Of a stretch of 64,000 bases of DNA, positions 10,042-20,049 are shown piece by piece. The DNA lies in contig NZ_MRCE01000032.1 in assembly GCF_001904725.1 (NCBI RefSeq), forward strand, positions 1 through 64,000. The letters run 5' to 3'. Under the pieces are notes generated by a model. The model had not been told where the DNA came from and ran no database searches. It saw only the letters and a list, made by a program, of their open reading frames with translations. Numbering within the stretch: position 1 is the stretch's first letter; each line of letters starts with the position of its first letter. Origin of the DNA: [Phormidium ambiguum] IAM M-71 (GTDB taxonomy: Bacteria; Cyanobacteriota; Cyanobacteriia; Cyanobacteriales; Aerosakkonemataceae). Position numbers and translations under genes: made by a program.

Positions 10042-10431
10042 ATGAGAAACCAAGAAGATTCATTTGTAGAAAATGTTGAAAAAATAGAAAATCAAAACTT
10101 CAGCATTAGCTTTGAAAAAATTGTTCTGATTATAGGAGTACAAATCTTAGCTCAATTAGAAGATGAATTAGAACGGCGTGTTATTTTAAGTTCAGGTATT
10201 AAAGGAGAACCACCTCTTCTATCTAGCTGTACACTAACTGAATTGCTTACTGGTATTCCTATCCAAGAAACTTTGCAGAGGCTAGAACAAAAATTACCGG
10301 AAATCATTGAAACAGCAAGAAATAGGAAAAAAATCAAGCAAGAAGTACAAAGTATTTCAAACCATATCACTACTCCACAATCAATGTCAGAAAATTCGGT
10401 CGAAAGAAGTACTCAAATCAGCTTTTTCTAA
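10042..10431 (+). CDS. Hypothetical protein (129 aa). It is the first gene of the putative E1/E2/JAB operon.
   Basis: The ORF is followed 2 nt later by the next start (taatatg). Confidence 0.4.
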   Translation: MRNQEDSFVENVEKIENQNFSISFEKIVLIIGVQILAQLEDELERRVILSSGIKGEPPLLSSCTLTELLTGIPIQETLQRLEQKLPEIIETARNRKKIKQEVQSISNHITTPQSMSENSVERSTQISFF

Positions 10432-10432
10432 T

Positions 10433-10861
10433 ATGCAATACATACTGAAACTAGAAGGTCAAGAGCTACCATTAACAGCTGAAATAGCAGCAACAGACGA
10501 AACAATCATTGCGGCGCTCGCACCGTTTTTCCCAGAAGCTGCTAGCGCAGAAATCAAACGAGAGCAGAACGGCGAAACCACCATCATTCGTCTAGTCAAA
10601 AAAGCAGGCACTAAAGGGAATTACCTAGAAAACATCATCAATGTTACCAATGAATTGAACCCATCTATTGCACTTTCATGGCAACTAAAACAAATGGAAA
10701 TTCGTGGGGAACTAACCTTAGAGAGATTGCTAAAAATTCAGCCATTACTGGAAAATGCAATAAGCGAAGGTGAAGCCTGGGAAGCTGAGATAAGCCGAGT
10801 AATTTCTCGCTTAAAAACTTGTCAACCAATTGCTTCAAATCAATCCATCAAAGGATATTAA
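10433..10861 (+). CDS. Hypothetical protein (143 aa from MQYILK). The N-terminal ~60 aa could form a beta-grasp.
   Basis: The ATG lies 2 nt after the upstream stop. The sequence MQYILKLEGQELPLT...TIIRLVKKAGTKG is weakly ubiquitin-like. The C-terminus is IKGY. Confidence 0.4.
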   Translation: MQYILKLEGQELPLTAEIAATDETIIAALAPFFPEAASAEIKREQNGETTIIRLVKKAGTKGNYLENIINVTNELNPSIALSWQLKQMEIRGELTLERLLKIQPLLENAISEGEAWEAEISRVISRLKTCQPIASNQSIKGY

Positions 10862-10895
10862 TTGAAAACCAGCGATATGTGGAATTGCTCAATTT

Positions 10896-11627
10896 TTGAA
10901 TCCAATGATGGGGAATCTTAAACGATATCAACTGCCACTAAAAGTAGGAGATTGCCTTGATTATTTACGTTCGCTCCAACTGCAAACAATTCTACTAGAA
11001 CTTTACGGAGAACTTTTTCCCATTCAATGGAGCAATTCTACTATCCCATTGTTCCAACAATCTCATCCCACAGTATACACAGACCGAGAAATCGAATTTT
11101 TGCAGCTGCTTAACACTTGGTTTCCCATTGAATATTACGAAGAATTGGAAACAATTGAGGAAAGATATACAGAAATTTATCTCTATCCGCAAAACATTAG
11201 TTGGTGGAATCAAACATTTGAGGAACTCAGTCAACTAGAACAATTTATCATCAGTTTATTAGATTGGGGATACGAGCGGGAAAAATGGGAATCGGTTTTT
11301 GGTTTTAGCCCTAATTATACTGCTAAACCAGAACAAATTAACTGGGAAAAATTAGAACAATTGTGCCAAACAGAAAAACCGCCATTACAATACTTTAGCA
11401 ATGTAATTAGCATCATCGACCATAGTTCAGACTGCATTTGGCTAGACTTGACTGATGAAAGTTATGAATCGTTGGCTTGGAGTAAAGAGAATATCCTTTA
11501 CCTAAAAAGCCAATGGGAAAAAGCACTTGAATTACAACAGCAAATGGCAGAATTTTCCGTTTGGTTTGAAGCGAAAGTCGAACACAAAAAAGCCGCCTTG
11601 AAACTGTGGAACCAAGCTAAAAAATGA
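10896..11627 (+). CDS. Hypothetical protein (243 aa), translationally coupled to the E2-like gene
   Basis: Its stop overlaps the next start (ATGA). Confidence 0.45.
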   Translation: MNPMMGNLKRYQLPLKVGDCLDYLRSLQLQTILLELYGELFPIQWSNSTIPLFQQSHPTVYTDREIEFLQLLNTWFPIEYYEELETIEERYTEIYLYPQNISWWNQTFEELSQLEQFIISLLDWGYEREKWESVFGFSPNYTAKPEQINWEKLEQLCQTEKPPLQYFSNVISIIDHSSDCIWLDLTDESYESLAWSKENILYLKSQWEKALELQQQMAEFSVWFEAKVEHKKAALKLWNQAKK

Positions 11628-12310
11628 ACGTAGCATTACCACCTCTAGACATTGGAAAACTGGTACAAACGATTGTTCCTCAAACCGAGTTGGGTGAAGT
11701 ACAAGCCCAACTCTTATTTTTGTCGGGACAGTACGTTTTGATTTACAAAGAACAGGAAAAAACCCATTGTAAATTTGTATCGCCAGCCGCCATAGCTCGA
11801 GCTTTCGCCAATACAGTAATTGATTCGGGTTGGCTTGATTGTCATACCGTCCGCTGGGGACATGGTTTATCTGGGGAATGGGTAGTGCAGTACTATCCAC
11901 CACAGCAGTATCAAATTTTTTGTGAAAACAATGAATGGCAAATTCCCCTACCTGCCTTCATATTCGTCGGCTATCGGTCTAGGTACTGGATTTGGGCATC
12001 GAAAACTAAACAGTTTGACCCAAATGCAGCTTTGTACGCCGCCCCCCTGCCTAACGTTTATGGCGATGGTGCCATTTGCTTTGGCGAACTGCATCCACCT
12101 GATTGTTCGCCAAGCCAAATCGGAGTAGCTTGGAAAACATTTTGGCAGAGTAATTTTAGCAACCACCTAATTCAAGGTAAATCAAAGCGCTACCCTCAAA
12201 ACGTGCTTAAGCAACTAATGCAGGTGAGAAACAAACGAATTTATCCCAGCAAAGACTTAGTAATTATGAACAAATCCCTCGACGTTATTTGCCAAGGCAT
12301 TACTAGATGA
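11624..12310 (+). CDS. E2-like (UBC-fold) ubiquitin-conjugating-enzyme homolog
   Basis: PLPNVYGDGAICFGELHPP resembles the E2 active site HPNIyxDGxICLDIL, including the catalytic Cys. The gene has ATGA overlaps with both neighbours. Confidence 0.6.
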   Translation: MNVALPPLDIGKLVQTIVPQTELGEVQAQLLFLSGQYVLIYKEQEKTHCKFVSPAAIARAFANTVIDSGWLDCHTVRWGHGLSGEWVVQYYPPQQYQIFCENNEWQIPLPAFIFVGYRSRYWIWASKTKQFDPNAALYAAPLPNVYGDGAICFGELHPPDCSPSQIGVAWKTFWQSNFSNHLIQGKSKRYPQNVLKQLMQVRNKRIYPSKDLVIMNKSLDVICQGITR

Positions 12311-12912
12311 AAATTCCTCAATTTATAGAGTACAAAACAGCTTTTGATGTAAGTTTACCACCAATAACTGCTAGCGCACTCGAATATTGGTTATCCAGAA
12401 ATGCTGTATTTGTTCGAGCACAGCGACAAGGAATAAAAGCTTGTTTCCCCATCGCCTATTGTCGCATTGCTTCCTTGGCAGTATTAGAACCTTATTTTCA
12501 CATGGAATACCCTCGCGTACCGATGGAAATAACCAAATTGATGTGGTTACTTAGTGAGTCAGCAGGCGAAAATGAAATACTTTTTCACCTATCCTTTAAA
12601 ACCGGAGGTTGGCATTTAGAAGTTCCCGCCCAAATTGCTACACCAACTAGCGTTACACCTTTGATCGGTTCGGTTGATTCATCTTATGAAACAGCATTGA
12701 TTGAAGTGCATTCTCATGCCAACATGAGTAGTGAATTTTCGGAAGCAGATAATCGAGAAGAAACTGGATTTAGAATTTTTGCCATTCTAGGTAAGCTGAG
12801 AAGCCAACCGGAAATTAATACTCGAATTGGCATTTATTCTCACTTTTACTCAATTCCCGCAGGTTGGATATTTGAATTACCAGAGATGTTAGCGGAAAAA
12901 GTACCAACTTAA
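12307..12912 (+). CDS. JAB/JAMM (Mov34/MPN) metallopeptidase, a deubiquitinase-like protein
   Basis: The JAMM motif is E...HSHANMSSEFSEAD, that is HxH-x7-S-x2-D. Confidence 0.7.
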   Translation: MKIPQFIEYKTAFDVSLPPITASALEYWLSRNAVFVRAQRQGIKACFPIAYCRIASLAVLEPYFHMEYPRVPMEITKLMWLLSESAGENEILFHLSFKTGGWHLEVPAQIATPTSVTPLIGSVDSSYETALIEVHSHANMSSEFSEADNREETGFRIFAILGKLRSQPEINTRIGIYSHFYSIPAGWIFELPEMLAEKVPT

Positions 12913-13032
12913 AGCATTAATTGTAGCTGATTTTCTGCGATAATCATTTCTCCTTACCACCACAAGAATCAGTAGGTTTTAGCCATACTGATTCTTTCTG
13001 TCTTTGCAAAATTTAGTTAATCATTAAATACT

Positions 13033-13866
13033 ATGATAGACCTAACTTACAGTAATTCTGTCCCAATTTTAACTCGTCATAGACATCAAATTAATATTTG
13101 GATTGTTGGCACAGGAGGGACAGGAGGATGGCTGGTTCCTAGCCTAGCTCGATTAAGCAAAGTTATGGAAACAAGTAGTAACAAAAAGGTTACTTGTACT
13201 TTGGTAGACCCGGATATTATTGAAGCGAAGAACATTTCCAGACAGAACTTTATTGAGAGTGAAATTGGCAGTAATAAAGCCTTAGTTCTAGCCACTAGAT
13301 ACAACCTAGCATTAGGCGGCAATTTAACTGCTATTCCGAAACCTTTTCATCAAGATTTAATAGATAATTGGTGGACGGGTTTAACGATAATTATTGGTTG
13401 TGTGGATAATGCAGCAGCCCGTTACCAAATCAGTCAATGTCTGGACTTGAATCAAAATAAAGAACCGGACATTTGGTATTTGGATTGTGGGAATCATGCC
13501 AATTCAAATTCGGGACAAGTGTTACTTGGTTCTGCCAATCAATTCCAACTAAAAAATGCTTTCGACAACCCAGAAAAGCCCAGTTTTTGTATTAACTTAC
13601 CTTCGCCTACTTTGCAGCATCCTGAATTACTAGAACCGCTACCTGAAGAACTGAGTAATACCTCGCTTTCTTGTGCAGAAATCGCATTGCGTAACCAACA
13701 AGCATTATTTGTAAATCAACAAGTAGCTGCCATAGCGACAGAGTATGTAAAATCTCTTCTATTAACAGCAGGATTGAGACGGTTTGCTACTTACTTTAAT
13801 AGTGATATTGGTTCAATGCGATCGCGCTACATTTGTTCCCAAAATATAACACAATATACAACCTAA
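13033..13866 (+). CDS. E1-like ThiF/MoeB-family adenylyltransferase
   Basis: The Rossmann motif is IWIVGTGGTGGW. The motifs VDPDIIEAKNISRQNF and GCVDNAAAR are typical of E1/ThiF. Confidence 0.75.
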   Translation: MIDLTYSNSVPILTRHRHQINIWIVGTGGTGGWLVPSLARLSKVMETSSNKKVTCTLVDPDIIEAKNISRQNFIESEIGSNKALVLATRYNLALGGNLTAIPKPFHQDLIDNWWTGLTIIIGCVDNAAARYQISQCLDLNQNKEPDIWYLDCGNHANSNSGQVLLGSANQFQLKNAFDNPEKPSFCINLPSPTLQHPELLEPLPEELSNTSLSCAEIALRNQQALFVNQQVAAIATEYVKSLLLTAGLRRFATYFNSDIGSMRSRYICSQNITQYTT

Positions 13867-13872
13867 CACAAC

Positions 13873-15123
13873 ATGAGCCAACTTTTCCACCTCGACACTG
13901 CTATGGGTAATTCAAATCAGTTACTCAAACTTATAGAGTCAAAAAATTTAGCTTTAGAACCAAAAGATATAATAGCAGTTTTTGGAGCATCTCTTACCCA
14001 ACCAAAATTACCTAAATTGCATCAGTTTCAATTAGGAGATATTGTAACCCAAGGACAATGTTATGGGGTAGTAACTGTACTAAATGAAACAGACCGACCC
14101 ATAACAATTACTTGGGATGGAAATAGTGATTCTGAACCTGATGTATTTGCTTACACGCTGGACGAAATTCGGTTTTTGGGAATTGCAATTATTCCTCAAT
14201 TAATCCCACGGAAAACAATTGTAGAACTACCAGCAAACATAACTATTCAACTAGGGAATGCTAAATTCGTCAAGTTCAATCAAGCGAATACTTTCTTAGT
14301 TGAAGAAGTTAGCGAACATCATTTGATTATCCGCTCTCTTGAAGAGCGATATCGCTTGACTAAAGAACTGTTTCCGGGAAAGTTATTTGCTTGTATTGTA
14401 GATATTCCCATCTCGGCTCAAGTACCTAGTAATTTATCTTTAATAGCCTTAAAAAATAAAGTTAAATTACATTTAAAAATGGCTAAGGCTGTTAACGATA
14501 ATTTGTCATGCTTAACGGCAATGAAGAAACAACAATTATTTGAAGAATTGGTTTTGGAATTAGCAGGCGAAAACTATGATACTGAGGAACTAAACGAAGT
14601 TTGGTCAGCAGTATGGGCAGAACAAATAGCCAGTTTAGCTAAGGAACAAGGTTTGTACAACTTTAAACTAAGTGAGCGTGTTTTCAGACAACGAGAAGGG
14701 TTAGAAATCTGGGGAACTATTGTGGAGTTAAACGTTGAACTAACACGACCCTTTTTAATTGAATGGGAGCAGGGAGAAGTGCAGGATTATAGCTTAATTG
14801 AATTAAAATGTTTAGGGATTACTCCCCTCAAACCTGTCATCAAATTATCGCCTAATGTTGCTTATCAAATTAGCGAAGACGGTCGTTACTTTAAAGCTTG
14901 GATTGGCTTTCGTACCAAAGGGTTAGCGAAAGCTTGGTGGCGGATAATTAAAAAGCAAGTGGGATACCTCAGTCATTGGCGAGAATGTTTTAGTGCTGAA
15001 TTGAAACATACAGATAAGCGTTATGAATGCGTTGTAGAAAAGTTTTGTCAAAAAACTGTAGCTAAACGATTATCAGTTTTGCAAAGATTAGCAGAAACAA
15101 ACTTGGAAGAAATGCCACGATGA
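13873..15123 (+). CDS. Hypothetical protein (416 aa) immediately downstream of the E1-like gene
   Basis: It starts 7 nt after the E1 stop. No motif was recognised. Confidence 0.45.
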   Translation: MSQLFHLDTAMGNSNQLLKLIESKNLALEPKDIIAVFGASLTQPKLPKLHQFQLGDIVTQGQCYGVVTVLNETDRPITITWDGNSDSEPDVFAYTLDEIRFLGIAIIPQLIPRKTIVELPANITIQLGNAKFVKFNQANTFLVEEVSEHHLIIRSLEERYRLTKELFPGKLFACIVDIPISAQVPSNLSLIALKNKVKLHLKMAKAVNDNLSCLTAMKKQQLFEELVLELAGENYDTEELNEVWSAVWAEQIASLAKEQGLYNFKLSERVFRQREGLEIWGTIVELNVELTRPFLIEWEQGEVQDYSLIELKCLGITPLKPVIKLSPNVAYQISEDGRYFKAWIGFRTKGLAKAWWRIIKKQVGYLSHWRECFSAELKHTDKRYECVVEKFCQKTVAKRLSVLQRLAETNLEEMPR

Positions 15124-15198
15124 ATGGAAGGAAAAACATAGTACTCTGGAAAAGAGCGTAGGAGTGGGAAAATTTGATTATTTCGGTGGTTTTGAGGT

Positions 15199-16251
15199 TT
15201 GAATGAGTTCATGAGTACATATAACATAATGAATAGAAAACGGGGACTAATTTTAGGGAAATTTGCACCTTTCCATCAAGGGCATCAACTGTTAATGGAA
15301 ACAGCATTATCAGAAATGGATGAAGTAATTACAGTTATTTACAATTGCCCAGAAATAACTAATGTTCCTCTAAATATACGTGCTGGCTGGATCGAGAAAA
15401 CATACCCTAACGTCCAAGTAATAAAAGCATGGGATGGCCCTACGGAAGTAGGAGATACAGCAGAAATTAAGCAAAAGCACGAAGATTACATTATTAATTA
15501 TCTAAAAATACAAGGAATCACACACTTTTATTCGAGTGAATTTTATGGAGAACACATGAGTTTAGCTCTAGGAGCAGTTAATCGTCTGGTAGATTATCAT
15601 CGCAGTAGAGTTCCCATTTCAGGTACACAAATCAGGAACAATCTGTTTAAATTTCGTCAATATTTACATCCCTGGGTATATCGTGACTTGATTACCAATA
15701 TAGTTTTTCTCGGAGCACCTTCTACAGGGAAAACTACAATTACTGCACAATTAGCAGAAGAATATAACACAGTTTGGATGCCCGAATATGGAAGAGAGTA
15801 TTGGGAAAAGCATCAAATCAATCGGCGATTATCTTTAGTACAATTAGAGGAAATTGCTGAAGGACATCTAGAGCGGGAAGAAGCATTACTAGAGAAAGCT
15901 AATCAATACTTATTTACAGATACTAATGCTATTACTACTTATCTATTTTCTTTATCTTATCACAATCAAGCTGCACCAAGATTAGTTGAGTTAGCCCAAC
16001 AAGCAGCATCTCGCTATGATTTAGTATTTGTTTGTGACTCGGATATTCCTTATGATGATACTTGGGATCGTTCGGGAGAAGAAAATAGAAAAATATTTCA
16101 AAAACAAATTATTAATGAACTCATTATTCGTAAAATTCCTTTTTTTTTACTGCAAGGGGAACTGGAAACCAGAATAAACTATGTAAAAAGTATTTTAGCT
16201 AAATATTGTAAGTATGAAAATTTACTACAGTTGTTTGCTATGAATAAGTAA
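15199..16251 (+). CDS. nadR: Bifunctional NMN adenylyltransferase / ribosylnicotinamide kinase (NadR-like, without HTH)
   Basis: The nucleotidyltransferase motif is GKFAPFHQGH (HxGH). The kinase P-loop is GAPSTGKTT. Confidence 0.7.
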   Translation: MNEFMSTYNIMNRKRGLILGKFAPFHQGHQLLMETALSEMDEVITVIYNCPEITNVPLNIRAGWIEKTYPNVQVIKAWDGPTEVGDTAEIKQKHEDYIINYLKIQGITHFYSSEFYGEHMSLALGAVNRLVDYHRSRVPISGTQIRNNLFKFRQYLHPWVYRDLITNIVFLGAPSTGKTTITAQLAEEYNTVWMPEYGREYWEKHQINRRLSLVQLEEIAEGHLEREEALLEKANQYLFTDTNAITTYLFSLSYHNQAAPRLVELAQQAASRYDLVFVCDSDIPYDDTWDRSGEENRKIFQKQIINELIIRKIPFFLLQGELETRINYVKSILAKYCKYENLLQLFAMNK

Positions 16252-16271
16252 GTAAAAATATCTCTGAAAAA

Positions 16272-16937
16272 ATGTGGAAATTCTTTAGCGTAAATAATAT
16301 TGCCTTTACGCTCATGGGATATCCCATGAGCTATGTAGAATTTATAGGTACTATCCTTTATTTATGGTCGGCATGGTTAGTAGCACGGAGGAGGATATTA
16401 ACATGGCCAGTTGGGATTGTGAGCGTGTTATTGTACATGGCATTGTTCTACCAAATTCGATTATATTCAGATATGTTGGAGCAGGTCTATTATTTAATAA
16501 CCAGTATTTATGGTTGGTGGCAGTGGAGTAAATCTAGTCGCACTCCAGTTAATTCAACTTCTTTCCGTTACAGTTCTCAACGTTATATAATTCGATTTTT
16601 GGCGCTGACATTAGTAATTTCATTTGTTACTGGAACTTTAATGAGTCGTATAGATATAATATTGCCAACTTTTTTTCCAGAAAAGGCATCTTTTCCTTAT
16701 TTAGATGCGTTGACAACTATAATGAGTTTTACCGCTAACTGGTTAATGATTGAAAAGCGGGTAGAAAGTTGGTATTACTGGATTGTTGTCGATTTGCTTG
16801 GAATTGGGTTGTATTACGTTAAAGAGGTAAGATTTATTGCTTTGCTTTATGTTATTTTGTTAGGGATTGCTATTAATGGCTTAGTATCTTGGCATCAAAT
16901 TACTAAAAAATCAGCAATTGCTCAAAAGATTAAGTAG
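16272..16937 (+). CDS. pnuC: Nicotinamide riboside transporter PnuC
   Basis: This is a multi-pass membrane protein with the PnuC-typical GWWQW motif. It directly follows the nadR-like gene. Confidence 0.65.
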   Translation: MWKFFSVNNIAFTLMGYPMSYVEFIGTILYLWSAWLVARRRILTWPVGIVSVLLYMALFYQIRLYSDMLEQVYYLITSIYGWWQWSKSSRTPVNSTSFRYSSQRYIIRFLALTLVISFVTGTLMSRIDIILPTFFPEKASFPYLDALTTIMSFTANWLMIEKRVESWYYWIVVDLLGIGLYYVKEVRFIALLYVILLGIAINGLVSWHQITKKSAIAQKIK

Positions 16938-17074
16938 CTACTTATTTAACAAAAACAATTTTCAACTCCCGTTCAAATGCGTAACTAAAATTACATCTAA
17001 CTATTTATTGTTTCTGCCAATCATAAATTAAGTAAGCTAGCGCTTAAATCAAAGGTTGAATAAATAGTAATTGA

Positions 17075-18505
17075 GTGAAATCAATGAGCCAAAATTTACT
17101 CAACCTAACCCAAACCAGCGAATCACACCAGTTTACTTTTACCCCACAACAATCAAAAGCTATCCAACAACTAAAAGAATTTTTGATTAGCCCAAACACT
17201 TTCTTTCTCTTATGTGGATATGCCGGAACCGGAAAATCGACAATCATCATTCAATTCATCAAAGAACTGCTACAACAAGGCAAAAGAATTGCTTTAAGTG
17301 CGCCCACCAACAAAGCAGTTAATATCCTCAAAAAGTTAGCAGCACAGCACCAAATTATCGAAGTAGACTTTTTGACAATCCACCAACTTTTAGGATTAGG
17401 AATGGTCAGAAAAGAACAAGATAAAGTGCTAGAGCAAACCAACTCCAGTACCCTATACTTATACGACATTATCATTCTTGATGAATGTTCGATGGTAGGA
17501 AGAGAACTGTGGAAATGGATAGAAAAAGGATTCAAGCAAACACTGTTCAATCGAAAAAAACTAATTTTGATGGGAGATTCAGCCCAATTAAATCCCATTG
17601 GAGAAAAGCGCAGTCCTAGTTTTAATGTAATCGAGCGAGCTATCCTGACAGAAGTAGTTAGACAACCAGGAGAAAGTCCAATACTGGACTTTATTACTAA
17701 CTGTCGCTCCTTCGTAAAAAATCAAGCTAAGACTTCAATTTTCCTACCTCATTCCCAATACAAAAAAGGAGACAAATCGAATGGTGCTTTCAAAGTAACC
17801 AGCGAAACAATGTTAGACTATGCCATCAAAACAATCAAGCGAAAATTTGCTCTTCATCCCGATTGTTTTAGAATCCTCTGCTGGACAAACAAACGAGTAG
17901 ATTACTACAATCAGATAATTCGAGAACAAGTCTACGGTTCGACTGCACCACGATTCGTTCCCGACGAACGACTAATTACTAAAAAACCAGTAATAGCACC
18001 AGATGGCAAGACAGTAATTTTGCCAACTTCGACTGAATTTACTGTAAAAGAAGTAGAAATCAGTCAACATTATGGCTATCGAGTATGGCTGCTAAAAATT
18101 GTTACCGATGAGGGAATAATGCGGCAGATTTTTGTGCAGCATGAATCCGAATCCAACCGCTACGAAGCAGAACTAGAACAGAAGCTAAAAAGCGCCAAAC
18201 GAAATGGTTTTTTGTGGCGCAAATATTATTGGTTCAAAGATGATTTGTTTGCCGAAGTCGATAATTGTTTTTCTTTAACGGTACATAATTCGCAAGGAAG
18301 TACTTTTGATGAAGTAGGAATAGATGGGGATGACCTTTTCACGCGCTTATTGGTAGGAAATGATGAGAGCAGAAAACAGAAATTAAAGGAGTATCATCGT
18401 TTATGGTATGTATCAGGTTCCAGATGTAAAAAAAGACTATTATTTGTCGCTCCTCAACTTCAAAAAGTTGAGAGATTATTCCCCCGACAAATCACGCTTT
18501 TTTAA
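17075..18505 (+). CDS. SF1B helicase of the RecD/Dda-like family
   Basis: Walker A is GYAGTGKST, Walker B is IIILDECSM, and VHNSQGSTFD (motif V) is present. Confidence 0.7.
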   Translation: MKSMSQNLLNLTQTSESHQFTFTPQQSKAIQQLKEFLISPNTFFLLCGYAGTGKSTIIIQFIKELLQQGKRIALSAPTNKAVNILKKLAAQHQIIEVDFLTIHQLLGLGMVRKEQDKVLEQTNSSTLYLYDIIILDECSMVGRELWKWIEKGFKQTLFNRKKLILMGDSAQLNPIGEKRSPSFNVIERAILTEVVRQPGESPILDFITNCRSFVKNQAKTSIFLPHSQYKKGDKSNGAFKVTSETMLDYAIKTIKRKFALHPDCFRILCWTNKRVDYYNQIIREQVYGSTAPRFVPDERLITKKPVIAPDGKTVILPTSTEFTVKEVEISQHYGYRVWLLKIVTDEGIMRQIFVQHESESNRYEAELEQKLKSAKRNGFLWRKYYWFKDDLFAEVDNCFSLTVHNSQGSTFDEVGIDGDDLFTRLLVGNDESRKQKLKEYHRLWYVSGSRCKKRLLFVAPQLQKVERLFPRQITLF

Positions 18506-18608
18506 CTAATGAAGTAGGGAGTAGATAACTTTGATTCGCTACTCTCTATTTCCTCATAATAACCACTGCTATCGCAGCGATAAGTCGAACCATTAAATTG
18601 CCAGAATT

Positions 18609-20048
18609 ATGACAAGAATTGGACTGAAAAAATCAGTTAGAGCTAAAACAGTTAACTCTACTGTAACGCCCCCAGAAAAATCAAATGCAGATAGTGCTAA
18701 AAAACGACAAAAAAGTTCAAAGACTACCTCCACTAACCAACCAAAACCAACTGAACCGTCAGAAACTATTTCATCCCAAACCGAACAAACCTCTGAAATA
18801 TCGGCTTTACCAATACCAACACCAGTAGAAGCGATTTGTAATTCTAGGGAATTCAACGATTACGTGCAGGTACTTAAAGCGATAGTTCCTAACAATAATA
18901 ACCATCCGATATTGTGCAACATTCTGATTGAAGCAGAGCCGAATTCCCAACAATTACAATTGACTGCATACAACCTAGAATTTGGAATGCAAGTTAGCTT
19001 TGATGCCACAATTAATCAATCAGGTTCTCTGACATTACCTGTTACCATACTAGCTGATATATTAGGGAAATTTCCTCAAGGTCGGCTGACAATAAATAGT
19101 GAAGTTACTATACCCAAAGGTAACAAAGCTGCAAACACACCACCATCCATAACTGCCACCTTATCAATGCCAAGAAGTCAGCACGTTATTCGAGGATTAA
19201 TTGCCAGCGAATTTCCTACAATTCCTCCAGTAAACCACAAATTGTTTTCTCTCCCAGCTAGCACGCTAATAGGGGTACTTAAAGGTAGCTTGTTTGCTGT
19301 CAGTTTGAATGAAGCGAAACGAATTATAACAGGTGTTAACTTTAAACTTAGTTATGATGCAGAACGTGGGATTAATCACCTGAGAATTTGGACAACAGAC
19401 GGACATCGAATTGCCATGATTTTGGGATTAAGTGAGAGCAACAATGAGGCTAATCATTGGCTCGAAGAAGCAGTAGAATTTACTGTACCTGCTAAAGTGT
19501 TGAAGCTACTAGAACGCAATTTAAACCCGACAGAGCGCGTTTCTATTTACTACGATGGTTCGGCAGAGCAGGTAGCAAAGTATGTAGCTTTTCGTTGTCA
19601 AAATTGGCAAATGACAACCCAGTTGTTAGAAGGAAATTACCCACCATGTAACCAAATTGTTGACCCTTACAGAAGTGAGTTGAAGTATCAAATAATAGTG
19701 GAGCGATTAGCTTTAGTTAGGGCATTGGAAAGATTAGCAACTCACAGCGATAAATCCCACGTTACGGTAGGGTTAGAATTTGATTCCGAACAACAACAAA
19801 TTCGAGCTTCAATTACTAATGCAGTTAGTTCTGGTCAGGAAATAATTGCTGCTAAGATTGATGGTGATAAGTTGCGAGTAAAGTTAGATATTCGCTATTT
19901 AATCGATACGGTGAAAGCAGTTACAACGTCAGATTTGCGAATGCTGTTAGCTTCACCCCTGGCACCAGTATTGATTGTGCCTTTTGGTACGCCAGTTTCG
20001 GGAGAAGCGGCTATCGAATCAGAATATGCAATAGCACCCCAAGAGTAA
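18609..20048 (+). CDS. dnaN: DNA polymerase III beta sliding clamp (DnaN-like) with a Lys/Ser/Thr-rich N-terminal extension of about 95 aa
   Basis: PILCNILIEA, LQLTAYNLEFG, and TTDGHRIAM (compare E. coli ATDGHRLAV) are present. Confidence 0.75.
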   Translation: MTRIGLKKSVRAKTVNSTVTPPEKSNADSAKKRQKSSKTTSTNQPKPTEPSETISSQTEQTSEISALPIPTPVEAICNSREFNDYVQVLKAIVPNNNNHPILCNILIEAEPNSQQLQLTAYNLEFGMQVSFDATINQSGSLTLPVTILADILGKFPQGRLTINSEVTIPKGNKAANTPPSITATLSMPRSQHVIRGLIASEFPTIPPVNHKLFSLPASTLIGVLKGSLFAVSLNEAKRIITGVNFKLSYDAERGINHLRIWTTDGHRIAMILGLSESNNEANHWLEEAVEFTVPAKVLKLLERNLNPTERVSIYYDGSAEQVAKYVAFRCQNWQMTTQLLEGNYPPCNQIVDPYRSELKYQIIVERLALVRALERLATHSDKSHVTVGLEFDSEQQQIRASITNAVSSGQEIIAAKIDGDKLRVKLDIRYLIDTVKAVTTSDLRMLLASPLAPVLIVPFGTPVSGEAAIESEYAIAPQE

Positions 20049-20049
20049 G

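Noticed and set aside
10152-10370. Minus-strand 72-aa ORF and plus ORF 10307..10431 as a single long product
   Set aside because: The 10307 frame is better explained by a start at 10433 (MQYILK), 2 nt after the upstream stop. The N-terminal 42 codons overlap the upstream gene out of frame.
10042-15123. Labelling the cassette a canonical PRTRC system
   Set aside because: No ParB-like gene and no recognisable small ubiquitin-like PRTRC-C gene could be confirmed by eye. It is called an E1/E2/JAB Ub-like cassette resembling PRTRC and Bil/Bub. A profile search is needed to confirm the family.
17044-17598. Minus-strand ORFs 17044..17250 and 17251..17598
   Set aside because: They are antisense to the helicase gene, with no features.
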